A stretch of 64,000 nucleotides of DNA from an uncultured Muribaculaceae bacterium (GTDB lineage Bacteria; Bacillota_I; Bacilli_A; RF39; UBA660), in the NCBI GenBank assembly GCA_964425325.1, contig CAYRLX010000002.1:14611-78610 (forward strand), in the 5' to 3' direction. Positions 39,716-49,971 of this stretch are shown in pieces. Every line of letters begins with the position of its first letter. Positions within the stretch are counted from its first letter, which is position 1. Both the position numbers and the translations under genes were made by a program. The notes below the pieces were generated by a model. The model was not told the origin of the DNA, did not search any database, and saw nothing but the letters and a program-made list of their open reading frames with translations.

Positions 39716-40555
39716 CTATTCACATGCAGAAGCAATATAAATATCATATACATTTTTATTAAGTACATCTCTAAATTCATTATCCGTTTGATTAATATTT
39801 AAGCCCTCTAGTAAAGCCCTTGAAAAGCTCGCGCTAACACCCTTATTTTTAGAAAGCTTATCACAAGCCACTTCTCTACTATAACCTCCAGATAAAGCCA
39901 AAACCTTAAGTACATTTTTGTTAGAAGTATAGTCTAAATAAAAATTATCCAAACTAGGTAAAGTAAGTTTTAATATAACCTTATCATCTCCAAGTTGCTT
40001 AAGATTTCTATCAAGCTCTTTTTTTAAAGTAATTTCACATTCTTCCTTATCTAAAGCATTTATATCGACCTCAGGCTCAATTATAGGAACAAGCCCATGT
40101 TTTAAAACAATTCTAGCTAAAGAAAATTGCTGATCCACTAACTTTCTAATACCTAAAATATTATTCTCGTAGATAACCGATCTCATCTTAGTGCCATATA
40201 CACCTTTTTCTTTTAATAAATCCAAAGTATTTTCTAAATTAGATATATCTTTCATAAGAGAAACTCCATTCGTTTTCTCTTCTAATCCTTTATCTATTTT
40301 AACAAAAACAAGTGCATCCTTATCAATCAAATAATCTACAGTATTTTTACCATCTATTTTCTCATTAACTTCACCCTCAAATATAATTACTCCACTTATC
40401 TTACTATAATCTAAATTTTTAATTACCCTTACCCGCATATCATGCATTACTTCAAATAAATCTCCCTCTAAATTAGTTACTCCATAAGAAAGTAATGCCT
40501 TTTTTATACTTCCACCACTTTGATCTAAAGCAGCTACAAAACCATCTTTATTCAT
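39716..40555 (-). CDS. fda: class I fructose-bisphosphate aldolase
   Basis: Strong resemblance to staphylococcal Fda: KDGFVAALDQSGGS, GLVPIIEPEV, ALSGGYSRE and ASFSRAL. Confidence 0.8.
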   Translation of the reverse strand: MNKDGFVAALDQSGGSIKKALLSYGVTNLEGDLFEVMHDMRVRVIKNLDYSKISGVIIFEGEVNEKIDGKNTVDYLIDKDALVFVKIDKGLEEKTNGVSLMKDISNLENTLDLLKEKGVYGTKMRSVIYENNILGIRKLVDQQFSLARIVLKHGLVPIIEPEVDINALDKEECEITLKKELDRNLKQLGDDKVILKLTLPSLDNFYLDYTSNKNVLKVLALSGGYSREVACDKLSKNKGVSASFSRALLEGLNINQTDNEFRDVLNKNVYDIYIASACE

Positions 40556-40571
40556 ACTATCACCAAAAATA

Positions 40572-40856
40572 TTATATCAAAATTTTTTCAATACTTAAAA
40601 TATCATCTAAATCAATAATAGAATCAACCAAATATAACTTTTTTCTTTTTAAATCAACCCTCCTTATAATACCAATACTTTCTAAAATAGACTCATTATA
40701 AAAATACTTAACCAAAACCTTATCACCAAATTTAATACTATCAAATAAAAGACTTTCCTCAAAAAAGCCATCTTCTACCTTCTTTAAATAATCTCTAAAT
40801 CCACACAAAGAATCAAAAGGCAAAAACTGTTTAGCTCTAAAATCACTATCCTGCAT
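40572..40856 (-). CDS. YolD-like protein
   Basis: 94-aa ORF immediately downstream of the Y-family polymerase. The yolD-uvrX pairing is typical. Confidence 0.5.
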   Translation of the reverse strand: MQDSDFRAKQFLPFDSLCGFRDYLKKVEDGFFEESLLFDSIKFGDKVLVKYFYNESILESIGIIRRVDLKRKKLYLVDSIIDLDDILSIEKILI

Positions 40857-42084
40857 TATGACCTCCTATAAGTTTATTTCTCTCACGTGCTGTAGAATAC
40901 TCTAGATAACTAATGCCTCTTAAAATAGAGTTTTTCCCATACCTATTTTTAATATCAATTAGTGTACTTTCTACATTATCATCTTCCTCATTTTCAAATA
41001 AATTTAATTGTTTTATTTTCTTATTAGTAAGACACCCAAACCAAATATTAATTCTTCTTATAGGATAGTCGCAAACTAAAGAATCATAACAAAATAAAAT
41101 CTCCTTTAATATTTTAGAGTAACTATTAGTATAATCAATTTTCCTAGAAAACTTTAAAGGCTTAATTCCATTTTTAGAATATCCTATATAAGCGCCAACA
41201 CATCCTGTATAAAGGCCTTTAGTAGCAAGTTCTAAAACTAAATTATCAACCATTTCACTAAGTACAACCCTAGCTTTATCAAAAGAATAATCCTTAAATA
41301 AAATCTGACCATTACTTATAGACCTGCTTATAGGTTTATATTTTTTAATATCAGAAATAGTGCAAGACTCCCTACCCCAAGCATGATCGATTAATAAAAG
41401 CGCATCAACCCCAAACTCTTTATATAAAATATTCGAATCTACATGAGCAACATCATACATATCCTTAAGATGAAGCCTGTGGAGTCTAGCCTCTATTCCC
41501 TTTCCTATTCTCCAAAAATCAGTTAAAGGAGTATAATGCCATAACTTTTCTCTATATATTTTTTCATTTAAAACACCAATATTAGATTTAACATGCTTAG
41601 ATATTATATCTAAAGCTATTTTAGCTAAATACATATTAGTTCCAATACCGCATGTAGCCGTAATGCCAGTAGTATCATAAATATCCTTCATTATCATTTT
41701 AGCAAACCCTATAGAATTTTTTTTATATAATTTTCTATAATTAGTAATATCTAAAAAAGCCTCATCTATAGAATAAACATGAATATCATCCTTACTCAAA
41801 TACTTTAAATAAATTCCATATATTCTAGCAGAATATTCCATATATTTTCTCATTCTAGGTTTAGCTATAATAGGATGAATATATTTAGGAATTTCAAATA
41901 CCCTACATCTATTTCTAACCCCTTTCTTTTTCAAAGAAGGACTTATAGCAAGACAAATAGAACCCTTCCCCCTAGACTCATCAGCTACGATCAAATCAGT
42001 TTTAAATGGATCAAGCCCCCTTTCCACACATTCGACAGATGCATAAAAAGTTTTTAAATCAATCACTAAATAAACCTTATTCAT
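40846..42084 (-). CDS. Y-family DNA polymerase (UmuC/UvrX-like)
   Basis: N-terminal LVIDLKTFYASVE and SIDEAFLD. Confidence 0.8.
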   Translation of the reverse strand: MNKVYLVIDLKTFYASVECVERGLDPFKTDLIVADESRGKGSICLAISPSLKKKGVRNRCRVFEIPKYIHPIIAKPRMRKYMEYSARIYGIYLKYLSKDDIHVYSIDEAFLDITNYRKLYKKNSIGFAKMIMKDIYDTTGITATCGIGTNMYLAKIALDIISKHVKSNIGVLNEKIYREKLWHYTPLTDFWRIGKGIEARLHRLHLKDMYDVAHVDSNILYKEFGVDALLLIDHAWGRESCTISDIKKYKPISRSISNGQILFKDYSFDKARVVLSEMVDNLVLELATKGLYTGCVGAYIGYSKNGIKPLKFSRKIDYTNSYSKILKEILFCYDSLVCDYPIRRINIWFGCLTNKKIKQLNLFENEEDDNVESTLIDIKNRYGKNSILRGISYLEYSTARERNKLIGGHNAG

Positions 42085-42099
42085 CGAATCACCTAGATT

Positions 42100-42127
42100 A
42101 TTATACCACGAACATTTGTTTTTATAA
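42100..42127 (-). promoter_or_regulatory. Promoter with a clostridial-type LexA (Cheo-like) box GAAC-N4-GTTT between the -35 and -10
   Basis: On the minus strand: TTATAA, then aaacaaaTGTTCgtgg, then TATAAT. On the plus strand: cGAACatttGTTTt at 42110-42121. Confidence 0.5.
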
Positions 42128-42175
42128 CAGTAAATTTATGGAAAAATAAAAAAATTCCAAATAATTGGAATTTTC

Positions 42176-42931
42176 TTATACACAAGTATATCCACCATCA
42201 ATAGGAAGAATAACACCAGTCACATAACTAGCTTCATGACTAGCTAGGAATATAGCTCCAGCATTTAATTCACCCTCATGACCATATCTTCCCATTGGAA
42301 CAGTTTGTTTCATATAAGCTTTAAAATCATCAGTATCAAGTACCGCCTTAGTAAGTTCGGTCTCAAAATAACCAGGACATATTGCATTACAAGTAATATT
42401 ATATTTAGCAAGTTCTGCAGCAACTGCCCTCGTAAAATTAACAACTCCACCTTTAGAAGAATGATAAGCAATAGTTCCCATAGCCGTATTACCAACAAGG
42501 CCATACATAGAAGCTATATTTATAATCCTACCATAATTATTCTTCTTCATTATATTTCCAAAAGCTCTAGTCATTTTAAAGACTGAAGTCTGATCAGTAG
42601 CTATGGTAAAATCCCACTCATCATCAGTCATATCAAGAACTCCAGCATCCTTAGATGACCCAGCACAGTTTACTAAAATAGTAACCTTTCCAAATTCCTC
42701 TTCAGCCTTTTTAGCTGCATTTTCTATATCAGAAGTATTTGTTACATCACACTTTATAGGAAGCACTTTAACTTTTCCTTCAAGCTCTTTTTTTAGTTCT
42801 AATAATCTCTCTTCTCTTCTAGCAAGAATTACTAAGTCAGCTCCTCTTTCAGCAAAAGCTCTTGCCATCTGTCTTCCAAGACCTGAAGAAGCCCCAGTAA
42901 TAACTGCAACATCACCTTTTAAATCAAACAT
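42176..42931 (-). CDS. SDR-family oxidoreductase
   Basis: ITGASSGLG Rossmann motif and YHSSK catalytic motif. Confidence 0.8.
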   Translation of the reverse strand: MFDLKGDVAVITGASSGLGRQMARAFAERGADLVILARREERLLELKKELEGKVKVLPIKCDVTNTSDIENAAKKAEEEFGKVTILVNCAGSSKDAGVLDMTDDEWDFTIATDQTSVFKMTRAFGNIMKKNNYGRIINIASMYGLVGNTAMGTIAYHSSKGGVVNFTRAVAAELAKYNITCNAICPGYFETELTKAVLDTDDFKAYMKQTVPMGRYGHEGELNAGAIFLASHEASYVTGVILPIDGGYTCV

Positions 42932-42933
42932 TT

Positions 42934-43827
42934 CTATTCCTCCTCATTAATATATTTAATAGCCTCATTTGCCGCTACAGCCCCATCAGACGTAGCTGTA
43001 ACAAGCTGCCTTAAATCTTTTTTTCTAGCATCCCCAGCTACAAAAATACCAGAAATATTAGTATGACAATCTTCAGAAGAATCTATATAACCATTATCAT
43101 CAAGATTAATTAACTTTCTAAAATTTTCATTTTCCGGTATCTTACCAATAGCAACAAAAAGCCCATCCACATCTATCTCTTTATCATCATTAACTATAAT
43201 TTTTTCTAATTTCTCATTTCCTACTAATTTAGTTACATTACTATTGAGTATAAATTCTATATTATCCTTTTTCTTAAGTAAATTCAAAGTAGTCTCTTCA
43301 CCTCTAAACTCTTCTCTTCTATGAATTAAATAAACCTTAGAAGCTATATCACTTAAATAAAGAGCATCCTCGAGTGCAGTATTACCGCCGCCAACTACAG
43401 CTACTATTTTACCTTTATAAAAATTTCCATCACAAGTAGCGCAGTAAGAAATACCTCTTCCAGTAAGCTCCTCTTCCAAAGGAAGACCAAGCTTTCTATT
43501 TTTACATCCAGTTGCAATAATAACGCACTTGCACTCATACTCTTCCTTAGAAGTAACAACCTTTTTTAAAGATCCATCCTTAATTTCTAAAACCTTCTCA
43601 AACTTTATATCTGCTCCTAAATCCTTAGCTTGATTATACAAATTAGTCGCAAAATCAAATCCAGAAACACCCGGCATAGCAGGATAATTTTCAATAGATA
43701 AAGTATTTATTATCTGTCCGCCATAACTTAAAGCTTCAAGTACTAAAACACTCTTCATTGCCCTTCTAGCATATATAGCCGAAGTAAGACCAGCAGGACC
43801 AGCACCAACAATTATAATATCGTACAT
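42934..43827 (-). CDS. trxB: thioredoxin-disulfide reductase
   Basis: IIVGAGPAGLTSAIY, CATCDG redox-active disulfide, and GGGNTA NADPH site. Confidence 0.85.
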   Translation of the reverse strand: MYDIIIVGAGPAGLTSAIYARRAMKSVLVLEALSYGGQIINTLSIENYPAMPGVSGFDFATNLYNQAKDLGADIKFEKVLEIKDGSLKKVVTSKEEYECKCVIIATGCKNRKLGLPLEEELTGRGISYCATCDGNFYKGKIVAVVGGGNTALEDALYLSDIASKVYLIHRREEFRGEETTLNLLKKKDNIEFILNSNVTKLVGNEKLEKIIVNDDKEIDVDGLFVAIGKIPENENFRKLINLDDNGYIDSSEDCHTNISGIFVAGDARKKDLRQLVTATSDGAVAANEAIKYINEEE

Positions 43828-43829
43828 TT

Positions 43830-44138
43830 CTATTCCTCTATAAACTCTTCAAGTTTCTCTCTAGGAATTAATCCAACACTTCTCTTAATTTCCTTACCAT
43901 CTTTAAATAAGACCAAACAAGGAATAGATGATACACCATATTTATAAGCAAGTTCATCCTCATTATCTATATTAATAGATACAAACTTAGCCTCACTTCT
44001 AGTCTCAGACACCTCATCTATTATAGGTCTAAGCATCTTACATGGTCCGCACCAATCAGCATTAAAATCACAAACCACTAATCCTGTACTTTTTAAAACT
44101 TCCTTTTCAAAATTATCCTTAGTAACATCTTTTACCAT
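43830..44138 (-). CDS. trxA: thioredoxin
   Basis: WCGPC active site. Confidence 0.85.
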   Translation of the reverse strand: MVKDVTKDNFEKEVLKSTGLVVCDFNADWCGPCKMLRPIIDEVSETRSEAKFVSINIDNEDELAYKYGVSSIPCLVLFKDGKEIKRSVGLIPREKLEEFIEE

Positions 44139-44142
44139 AAAA

Positions 44143-44574
44143 TCACTCCTTTTCTAAACTAGTTAATATTTTATATAAAATTCTTCCTAATTCTTTTGCC
44201 TCAGATTCATCTAAATTTATGCATTTGCCCATTTCTTTAGGAACATCTATAGCCATATCTTTTAATTTACTTCCTTCATCAGTAAGAGATATATTTAAAT
44301 TTCTCTCATCAGAACTACTTCTTTCTCTTTTTATATAACCCTTAACCTCTAATTTTTTCAAAAGAGGGGTCAAAGTAGAAGAATCAAGTAAAATAGTTTT
44401 CCCAAGCTCTCTGACATTACAAGATTCCTTCTCCCATAAATAAAGCATTACTATATACTGAGTATAAGTTAAATCAAACGCACTCAAAAATTTAGAATAC
44501 TTTCTAGTAAGTTCTTTACTACATAAATAAAGTGGAAAACAAAGCTGATTCTCTAACTTCAAACAATCATACAT
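44143..44574 (-). CDS. MarR-family transcriptional regulator
   Basis: Winged-helix segment LTYTQYIVMLYLWE...VRELGKTILLDSSTLTPLLKKLE. Confidence 0.7.
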   Translation of the reverse strand: MYDCLKLENQLCFPLYLCSKELTRKYSKFLSAFDLTYTQYIVMLYLWEKESCNVRELGKTILLDSSTLTPLLKKLEVKGYIKRERSSSDERNLNISLTDEGSKLKDMAIDVPKEMGKCINLDESEAKELGRILYKILTSLEKE

Positions 44575-44585
44575 CTAAAATCACC

Positions 44586-45125
44586 CTATAACAATTTATT
44601 AATATCATCTTCTAATAGCATAGGATCTTCAATAGGAGAAAGCCTTCTAACAACATTACCTTCCCTATCAACTAAAAATTTAGTAAAATTCCAAACAATA
44701 TCATTATCATTTATACAAGTTTTACTTATTTTTTTAACGCCAGCCATAGTCATTTTGTTTTTAACACCATTTATCTCATCTTTAGAAATAGAATTTTTTA
44801 AATAAGTAAATAATTTATCCTCATTTTCACCATTTACCTCTATTTTAGCAAATTGCTCAAACTTAGTATTATACTTAGCCGTGCAAAACTCATGAATCTC
44901 ATCATCGCTTCCAGGAGCTTGATGACCAAATTGATCACAAGGAAAATCTAAAACCTCAAATCCCCTATCATGATACTTCTCATATAAATTTTCTATTGCC
45001 TCATACTGCGGAGTAAATCCACAACCAGTTGCTGTATTTAGGGCAAGTAAAACTTTACCCTTAAAATCAGCTAAAGAAACCTCATCGCCACCTCTTTTTT
45101 TAACGCTAATATCATAAATATTCAT
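44586..45125 (-). CDS. glutathione peroxidase
   Basis: LNTATGCGFTPQY, DFPCDQFGHQ and WNFTKFL motifs. Confidence 0.85.
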   Translation of the reverse strand: MNIYDISVKKRGGDEVSLADFKGKVLLALNTATGCGFTPQYEAIENLYEKYHDRGFEVLDFPCDQFGHQAPGSDDEIHEFCTAKYNTKFEQFAKIEVNGENEDKLFTYLKNSISKDEINGVKNKMTMAGVKKISKTCINDNDIVWNFTKFLVDREGNVVRRLSPIEDPMLLEDDINKLL

Positions 45126-45181
45126 ATACGCCCTCCAATCATTTGTATACGATTTAATCGTATCATAAATAAATCAGAAAA

Positions 45182-46285
45182 TCAACTATTAAATAATTTT
45201 TCTTCTAACTCTTCAAATTTAGTTTTACTAGTTTCCTTAAAAACATGTCCCATCGCACTTCCAAACTCTCTAAGCATCAAATTAACAGTCTCCCTATCTT
45301 CTTTAGAAATAGACTTATATGTATTTAAAAACATAGGAATTTTACTAACCCACACCTTAGAAAGTTCTCTAAATGTAATAGCATCAGAAGAATATAAAAG
45401 TTCAAAAATACAGTCGACAAATATTTTTCTCTGACTCTCATCAGTATTTTTAAGCCACTGCCTTATAGACTGATTAATAAACTCAGAAGAATCAGTAACA
45501 CTATCAAGCATTACTAAATTATCTTTAAGTACATTCCAAGAATAAATATCATGTTGATAAAGACCTTTATTATTACTAGAAGCGACCTTATACTCTTCCT
45601 CGTGTTCAAGAAGTCTTCCTATAACAGAGTCCTGAGGAATATAAGTTATTATCTTATCAATTATAGTCTTATCAGAGCATTCATCAAAAACGCTCTTTGC
45701 AAATCCAGGTCCATCAAAATTATAAGCCCTAATTATCCTATCACTAAAGCCACCATTTAAAGCAGAATATACAGCTACATTTCCACCTTTAGAGTGACCA
45801 CCAAGTATAATCTTGCCTTTATATTTAAATGCTATCTCACTCAGATATTTAACACCATCCTTTTGAGCTGGAACATTTTTCTTAAAAGACATATTACAGT
45901 CTTCCTTCCATCCAACTAAACTATTATCAGTCCCAATATAAGATACATAAATAAAATCAGATAAATGAATAGTTACAGCTCCAAACTGCTTTTCCAGAGA
46001 CTTAACCCTGTTAAATACAAAATCACTAACCTTTAAATTTTTAAAACGCTCACTTTTACCTAAATTATGAATTAAAAGTTTATCATCATCTATCTTAAAC
46101 AAAGAAACATCAAGTTTTTCCATTTTAGAAGATATAGATGAAATAGTCTCATCACTAAGTTTAATCTTATCAAAAGGAAGATAAGAAAACCTAGCTAATA
46201 TAAGAGCATCAACATCGTTAAAAGGAAAATCACTACTAAAAGGAATATCCCCTCTCCAAACTAAATAATCATTAATATTCATCAC
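45182..46285 (-). CDS. alpha/beta-hydrolase lipase-like protein (DUF2974/Mbeg1-like)
   Basis: GHSKG nucleophile elbow. Confidence 0.5.
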   Translation of the reverse strand: MMNINDYLVWRGDIPFSSDFPFNDVDALILARFSYLPFDKIKLSDETISSISSKMEKLDVSLFKIDDDKLLIHNLGKSERFKNLKVSDFVFNRVKSLEKQFGAVTIHLSDFIYVSYIGTDNSLVGWKEDCNMSFKKNVPAQKDGVKYLSEIAFKYKGKIILGGHSKGGNVAVYSALNGGFSDRIIRAYNFDGPGFAKSVFDECSDKTIIDKIITYIPQDSVIGRLLEHEEEYKVASSNNKGLYQHDIYSWNVLKDNLVMLDSVTDSSEFINQSIRQWLKNTDESQRKIFVDCIFELLYSSDAITFRELSKVWVSKIPMFLNTYKSISKEDRETVNLMLREFGSAMGHVFKETSKTKFEELEEKLFNS

Positions 46286-47268
46286 ATACCACCTTCTATA
46301 TATTTTTTTAAAGCAAGAGGAATATGTCTAGTACTTCTAACAGAAGTAAGACCATATTTCTTTAAAACATCTAAACTATACTTACCCTCTTCGTATTTGC
46401 ACACTTTTCTAACTATCATAAAATCATCAGTTATATCATCGACCATACATTTATACATTATTGCCCCAATAGGTTTAGTAACATACATATAAATGGTATC
46501 GCCTTTTTTAAAACTACCTCGCTTGTCCCAATAATAAACATCAGTACTGTCAAAATAATTAAAAATATCAAAATAACTAGGATTAAGAGGCATAACCCAC
46601 TCAGATGATTTTAAAATACTTACCGTATAACTATAACTCTCATCAATCAAATCCATTATATAATCGTCAGATAAAGTATCATCTAAAACTATCGTTATCC
46701 AACTTTTCTTATTCATATGATATGCTTCATATAATCCCTTTTTACCTATTAAATTACTAATCTTATGTCTATCTAGCTTAACATTTAAAATCTCTGCCTC
46801 ACCAGATAAATCACTAAATTTACTTCTATCTACATTCATTACAATTCCAAACCATTTTTCATTGTTTTCAAAAACAGCCGCATCTATATTTTCCCATTTA
46901 AAAATTGGTTCTTTTCCATATTTTTTATAAATCAAATTAGTTATTCTATTAGACTGTTCAAAAACAAAAGGTTTACTTATAAAACAATTATCTCTTACAT
47001 CATTTAAAACAGAGATAAATTTCTCACGAATCATACCAGTAAAACCACCAGTTTGATCCTCAACCCTATAATTAGTGTATTCCGCGTCAAAGTCCAAATC
47101 GATAACCTTACCAATAACTTTAAATTCATCTATAGTAATAATAATTTCAAAATTATCAATCAAGTTTTTCTTAAAAACATATTCATTTCCATCTTTTTTA
47201 AAACCATACTTAATTAGTTTATCAAAATCAGGTACATATTTTTTAAAAATAACATCTTCGATATTCAT
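46282..47268 (-). CDS. hypothetical protein (328 aa)
   Basis: ORF. Its stop overlaps the downstream gene. Confidence 0.45.
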   Translation of the reverse strand: MNIEDVIFKKYVPDFDKLIKYGFKKDGNEYVFKKNLIDNFEIIITIDEFKVIGKVIDLDFDAEYTNYRVEDQTGGFTGMIREKFISVLNDVRDNCFISKPFVFEQSNRITNLIYKKYGKEPIFKWENIDAAVFENNEKWFGIVMNVDRSKFSDLSGEAEILNVKLDRHKISNLIGKKGLYEAYHMNKKSWITIVLDDTLSDDYIMDLIDESYSYTVSILKSSEWVMPLNPSYFDIFNYFDSTDVYYWDKRGSFKKGDTIYMYVTKPIGAIMYKCMVDDITDDFMIVRKVCKYEEGKYSLDVLKKYGLTSVRSTRHIPLALKKYIEGGM

Positions 47269-47317
47269 AAAACCACCAATATTATTTTAGCACATAAAAA
47301 GTAATATGTCTTCCATA

Positions 47318-48193
47318 TTACTTACGCATTCTCTTAACATATGAATACTCATCATTATCGACAAAACCATCATTATAAGACTTATAATCATTACAATCTT
47401 CAACTATAAAGCTAACCATAGAAAGATCCTTATAATCAGTAGTTATAAAAACCTGATAACCTTGATTAATAAAAGGATAAGCATCAATTCTTTTTTTATG
47501 AATCTTAGCTTTTTCACAATGTAAAGGTGACAAGTTATCACAGTTATAACATTTATGTCTTAAAGAAGCAAGAGTTCTAGGATCAGATATTTCACCAACT
47601 TCATGTAATAAATATTCAAAATTTCTTCGATTTACCTCTACTATATTATCACTAGATAAAATAAAATTTTTAAGTTCTAAAACATTATACTCTAAACTAT
47701 AATCATGAACAGATAATTGTCTATTAAGTTCTTTAACCAATTGATTACTAACTAAATCCCCAAATAATTTACTAAAAGAATCTCTAACGCCGTTTAAATT
47801 AAAACAAACATTTCCTTTTTCAGAATAAAAATAAGAAAAAAGATTATAATTTTTATCAAGATTACTTATTAATTTAGTATCAATATTAAATTCATTAAAA
47901 ACATTACGCAATAATCTTTTTAATTCAAATTTCCTTTTTTTATTAATATTTTTTCTAAGAATTTTATCAGATATATATTCACTAAATGGCTCGTCATAAC
48001 TTTCAAATAAATCAGCATCTTCATATGTAAATTTATAATTTTCACCATTCTTTTCAATTAAAGCATCAAAAAAATCATTAAGCATTTTTCTAATAATAAA
48101 ATTAGCTTTTTCCTCTACTTCATCACTTTTAACTATCCTAGTACCATTACCGTCTTTTATTAAAGCAAACATTTCCATAAATATCTCCCCCAA
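47318..48193 (-). CDS. hypothetical protein (291 aa)
   Basis: ORF only. Confidence 0.45.
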   Translation of the reverse strand: MGEIFMEMFALIKDGNGTRIVKSDEVEEKANFIIRKMLNDFFDALIEKNGENYKFTYEDADLFESYDEPFSEYISDKILRKNINKKRKFELKRLLRNVFNEFNIDTKLISNLDKNYNLFSYFYSEKGNVCFNLNGVRDSFSKLFGDLVSNQLVKELNRQLSVHDYSLEYNVLELKNFILSSDNIVEVNRRNFEYLLHEVGEISDPRTLASLRHKCYNCDNLSPLHCEKAKIHKKRIDAYPFINQGYQVFITTDYKDLSMVSFIVEDCNDYKSYNDGFVDNDEYSYVKRMRK

Positions 48194-48245
48194 AAATCAC
48201 AAATTATTATATTTTTTTTAAATAAAAAAGTCAACAAAAAAAAGG

Positions 48246-49883
48246 CTATTTTATCATATCAAGCCTTTCTTCCATTCTCGTCTTTCCAAGTAATCTCATA
48301 ATTTCATATAAATCAGGAGTATTACTCTTAGAAGTTAAAGTTACCCTCAAAATAGTACTAAAATCAGCTATACTACCTTTATAATTATCAGGATTTTCCT
48401 TATATAATTTCATTTCACCAGCATACCCTAAACTATTAGCAACTTCCTTCATCTTATTAAACCAAGCATCCTTATCGTCATCAGTATCATATTTATCTAA
48501 ATAAGTAGAAACTACATTTATAATTTCATCCTTATCAGTAACCTTTTGCCACTCATAACTTTCTGGTTTATATAGTTCATCATACATATACCACACTTGA
48601 TCTCTAACATCGCTAAAGGTAGCAATATCCTTTCTAGGTTTCTTCTGCTCTCTTTCAATATTAAACACACCTATAGAATAATCTTTATATTTAATAAGTA
48701 AATCATATAATTCCTTATCGTATTCAAGTGCATATTCCAAAGCCCTATTATAAACATCTTCTGCCTTTAAAGTACTGATAAAATTCTTAGAAATATTTAT
48801 TATTTTATCATAGTCATACATTGTTCCGCCCTTAGGCATTTTCTTGAAACTAAATTCAAAGTCTTTATAACTCTTATCCTTATTTTGATTCATCCACATC
48901 TCAAAATTAGAGTTAGTAATCGTTGCCATATATAAAACTAAAGCTTCATTTGGAATACCTTGTTTATGATAATAACTAACAGCTGCCCAAGGGTCTTTTC
49001 TCTTAGAAAGCTTTCTACGTGTTCCATTATCATCAACCATTAAAGTAGAAATATGAGCATATTTTGGAAGCTCAAATCCTAAATTTTCAAACAAATCAAT
49101 ATGTTTATCCAAACTTGCAAGCCACTCTTCACCACGTATTACATGAGTTGTCCCCATTAAATGATCATCAACTGCATGAGCAAAATGGTAAGTAGGAAGA
49201 CCATCAGATTTTATTATAATTAAATCTTGATTATTTTGAGGAATCTCCATTTTTCCTACTATCTCATCTCTAAATTTAATTCTATGGTTAGGATTACCTC
49301 GTGATTTTAATCTAATAATATATTTCTCACCGTTATTGACTCTCTCAATAACATCTTCCATAGTAAGCTTTCTGCATTTTGCCCATCTTCCATAATAACC
49401 GAGTTGTTCCTTGTTTTTAGCTTGAATCTCTTTTATATGTTCAACATCTTCATGAGAACAAAAACAAGGATAAGCTTTATCTTCGATAATTAATTTTTTA
49501 GCAAAAGCTTTATAAATATCTTCTCTCTTACTTTGAATATAAGGACCGTATTCACCAATTTCACCATCTTTAGTAACCCCTTCATCAAAAGTAATACCAA
49601 ACTTATCTAAGCTATCAATTATCTCATTAATACCATTTTCAACAGTTCTCTTAGTATCAGTATCCTCTATTCTAAGATAACATACACCACCACTTTGTGA
49701 AGCCATAATTCTATCTACAAATCCGACATCTAAAGAGCCTAAATGAACAAACCCAGTTGGACTTGGAGCAAGTCTAGTAACCATAGCCCCATCTTTTAAA
49801 TTACGTTTAGGATACTTTTTTTCATAATATTCATAGTCGTGCTCAGTTTTAAGTAAAAAATCAGCATACTCTTTTCTATCCAT
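48246..49883 (-). CDS. gltX: glutamyl-tRNA synthetase. True start at MDRKEY; the 5' extension in the ORF track is spurious.
   Basis: RLAPSPTGFVHLGSL (HIGH region) and KLSKR (KMSKS). GAGAGGAA RBS before ATG at 49881-49883. TTGAAG-17-TAAAAT promoter at about 49905-49935. Confidence 0.85.
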   Translation of the reverse strand: MDRKEYADFLLKTEHDYEYYEKKYPKRNLKDGAMVTRLAPSPTGFVHLGSLDVGFVDRIMASQSGGVCYLRIEDTDTKRTVENGINEIIDSLDKFGITFDEGVTKDGEIGEYGPYIQSKREDIYKAFAKKLIIEDKAYPCFCSHEDVEHIKEIQAKNKEQLGYYGRWAKCRKLTMEDVIERVNNGEKYIIRLKSRGNPNHRIKFRDEIVGKMEIPQNNQDLIIIKSDGLPTYHFAHAVDDHLMGTTHVIRGEEWLASLDKHIDLFENLGFELPKYAHISTLMVDDNGTRRKLSKRKDPWAAVSYYHKQGIPNEALVLYMATITNSNFEMWMNQNKDKSYKDFEFSFKKMPKGGTMYDYDKIINISKNFISTLKAEDVYNRALEYALEYDKELYDLLIKYKDYSIGVFNIEREQKKPRKDIATFSDVRDQVWYMYDELYKPESYEWQKVTDKDEIINVVSTYLDKYDTDDDKDAWFNKMKEVANSLGYAGEMKLYKENPDNYKGSIADFSTILRVTLTSKSNTPDLYEIMRLLGKTRMEERLDMIK

Positions 49884-49971
49884 ATTATCATTCCTCTCAA
49901 ACACTGCTACTATTTTACCATTTATAAAATATAACTTCAAGTAAAGAAAAAAGAAAGTATTAAATACTTTC

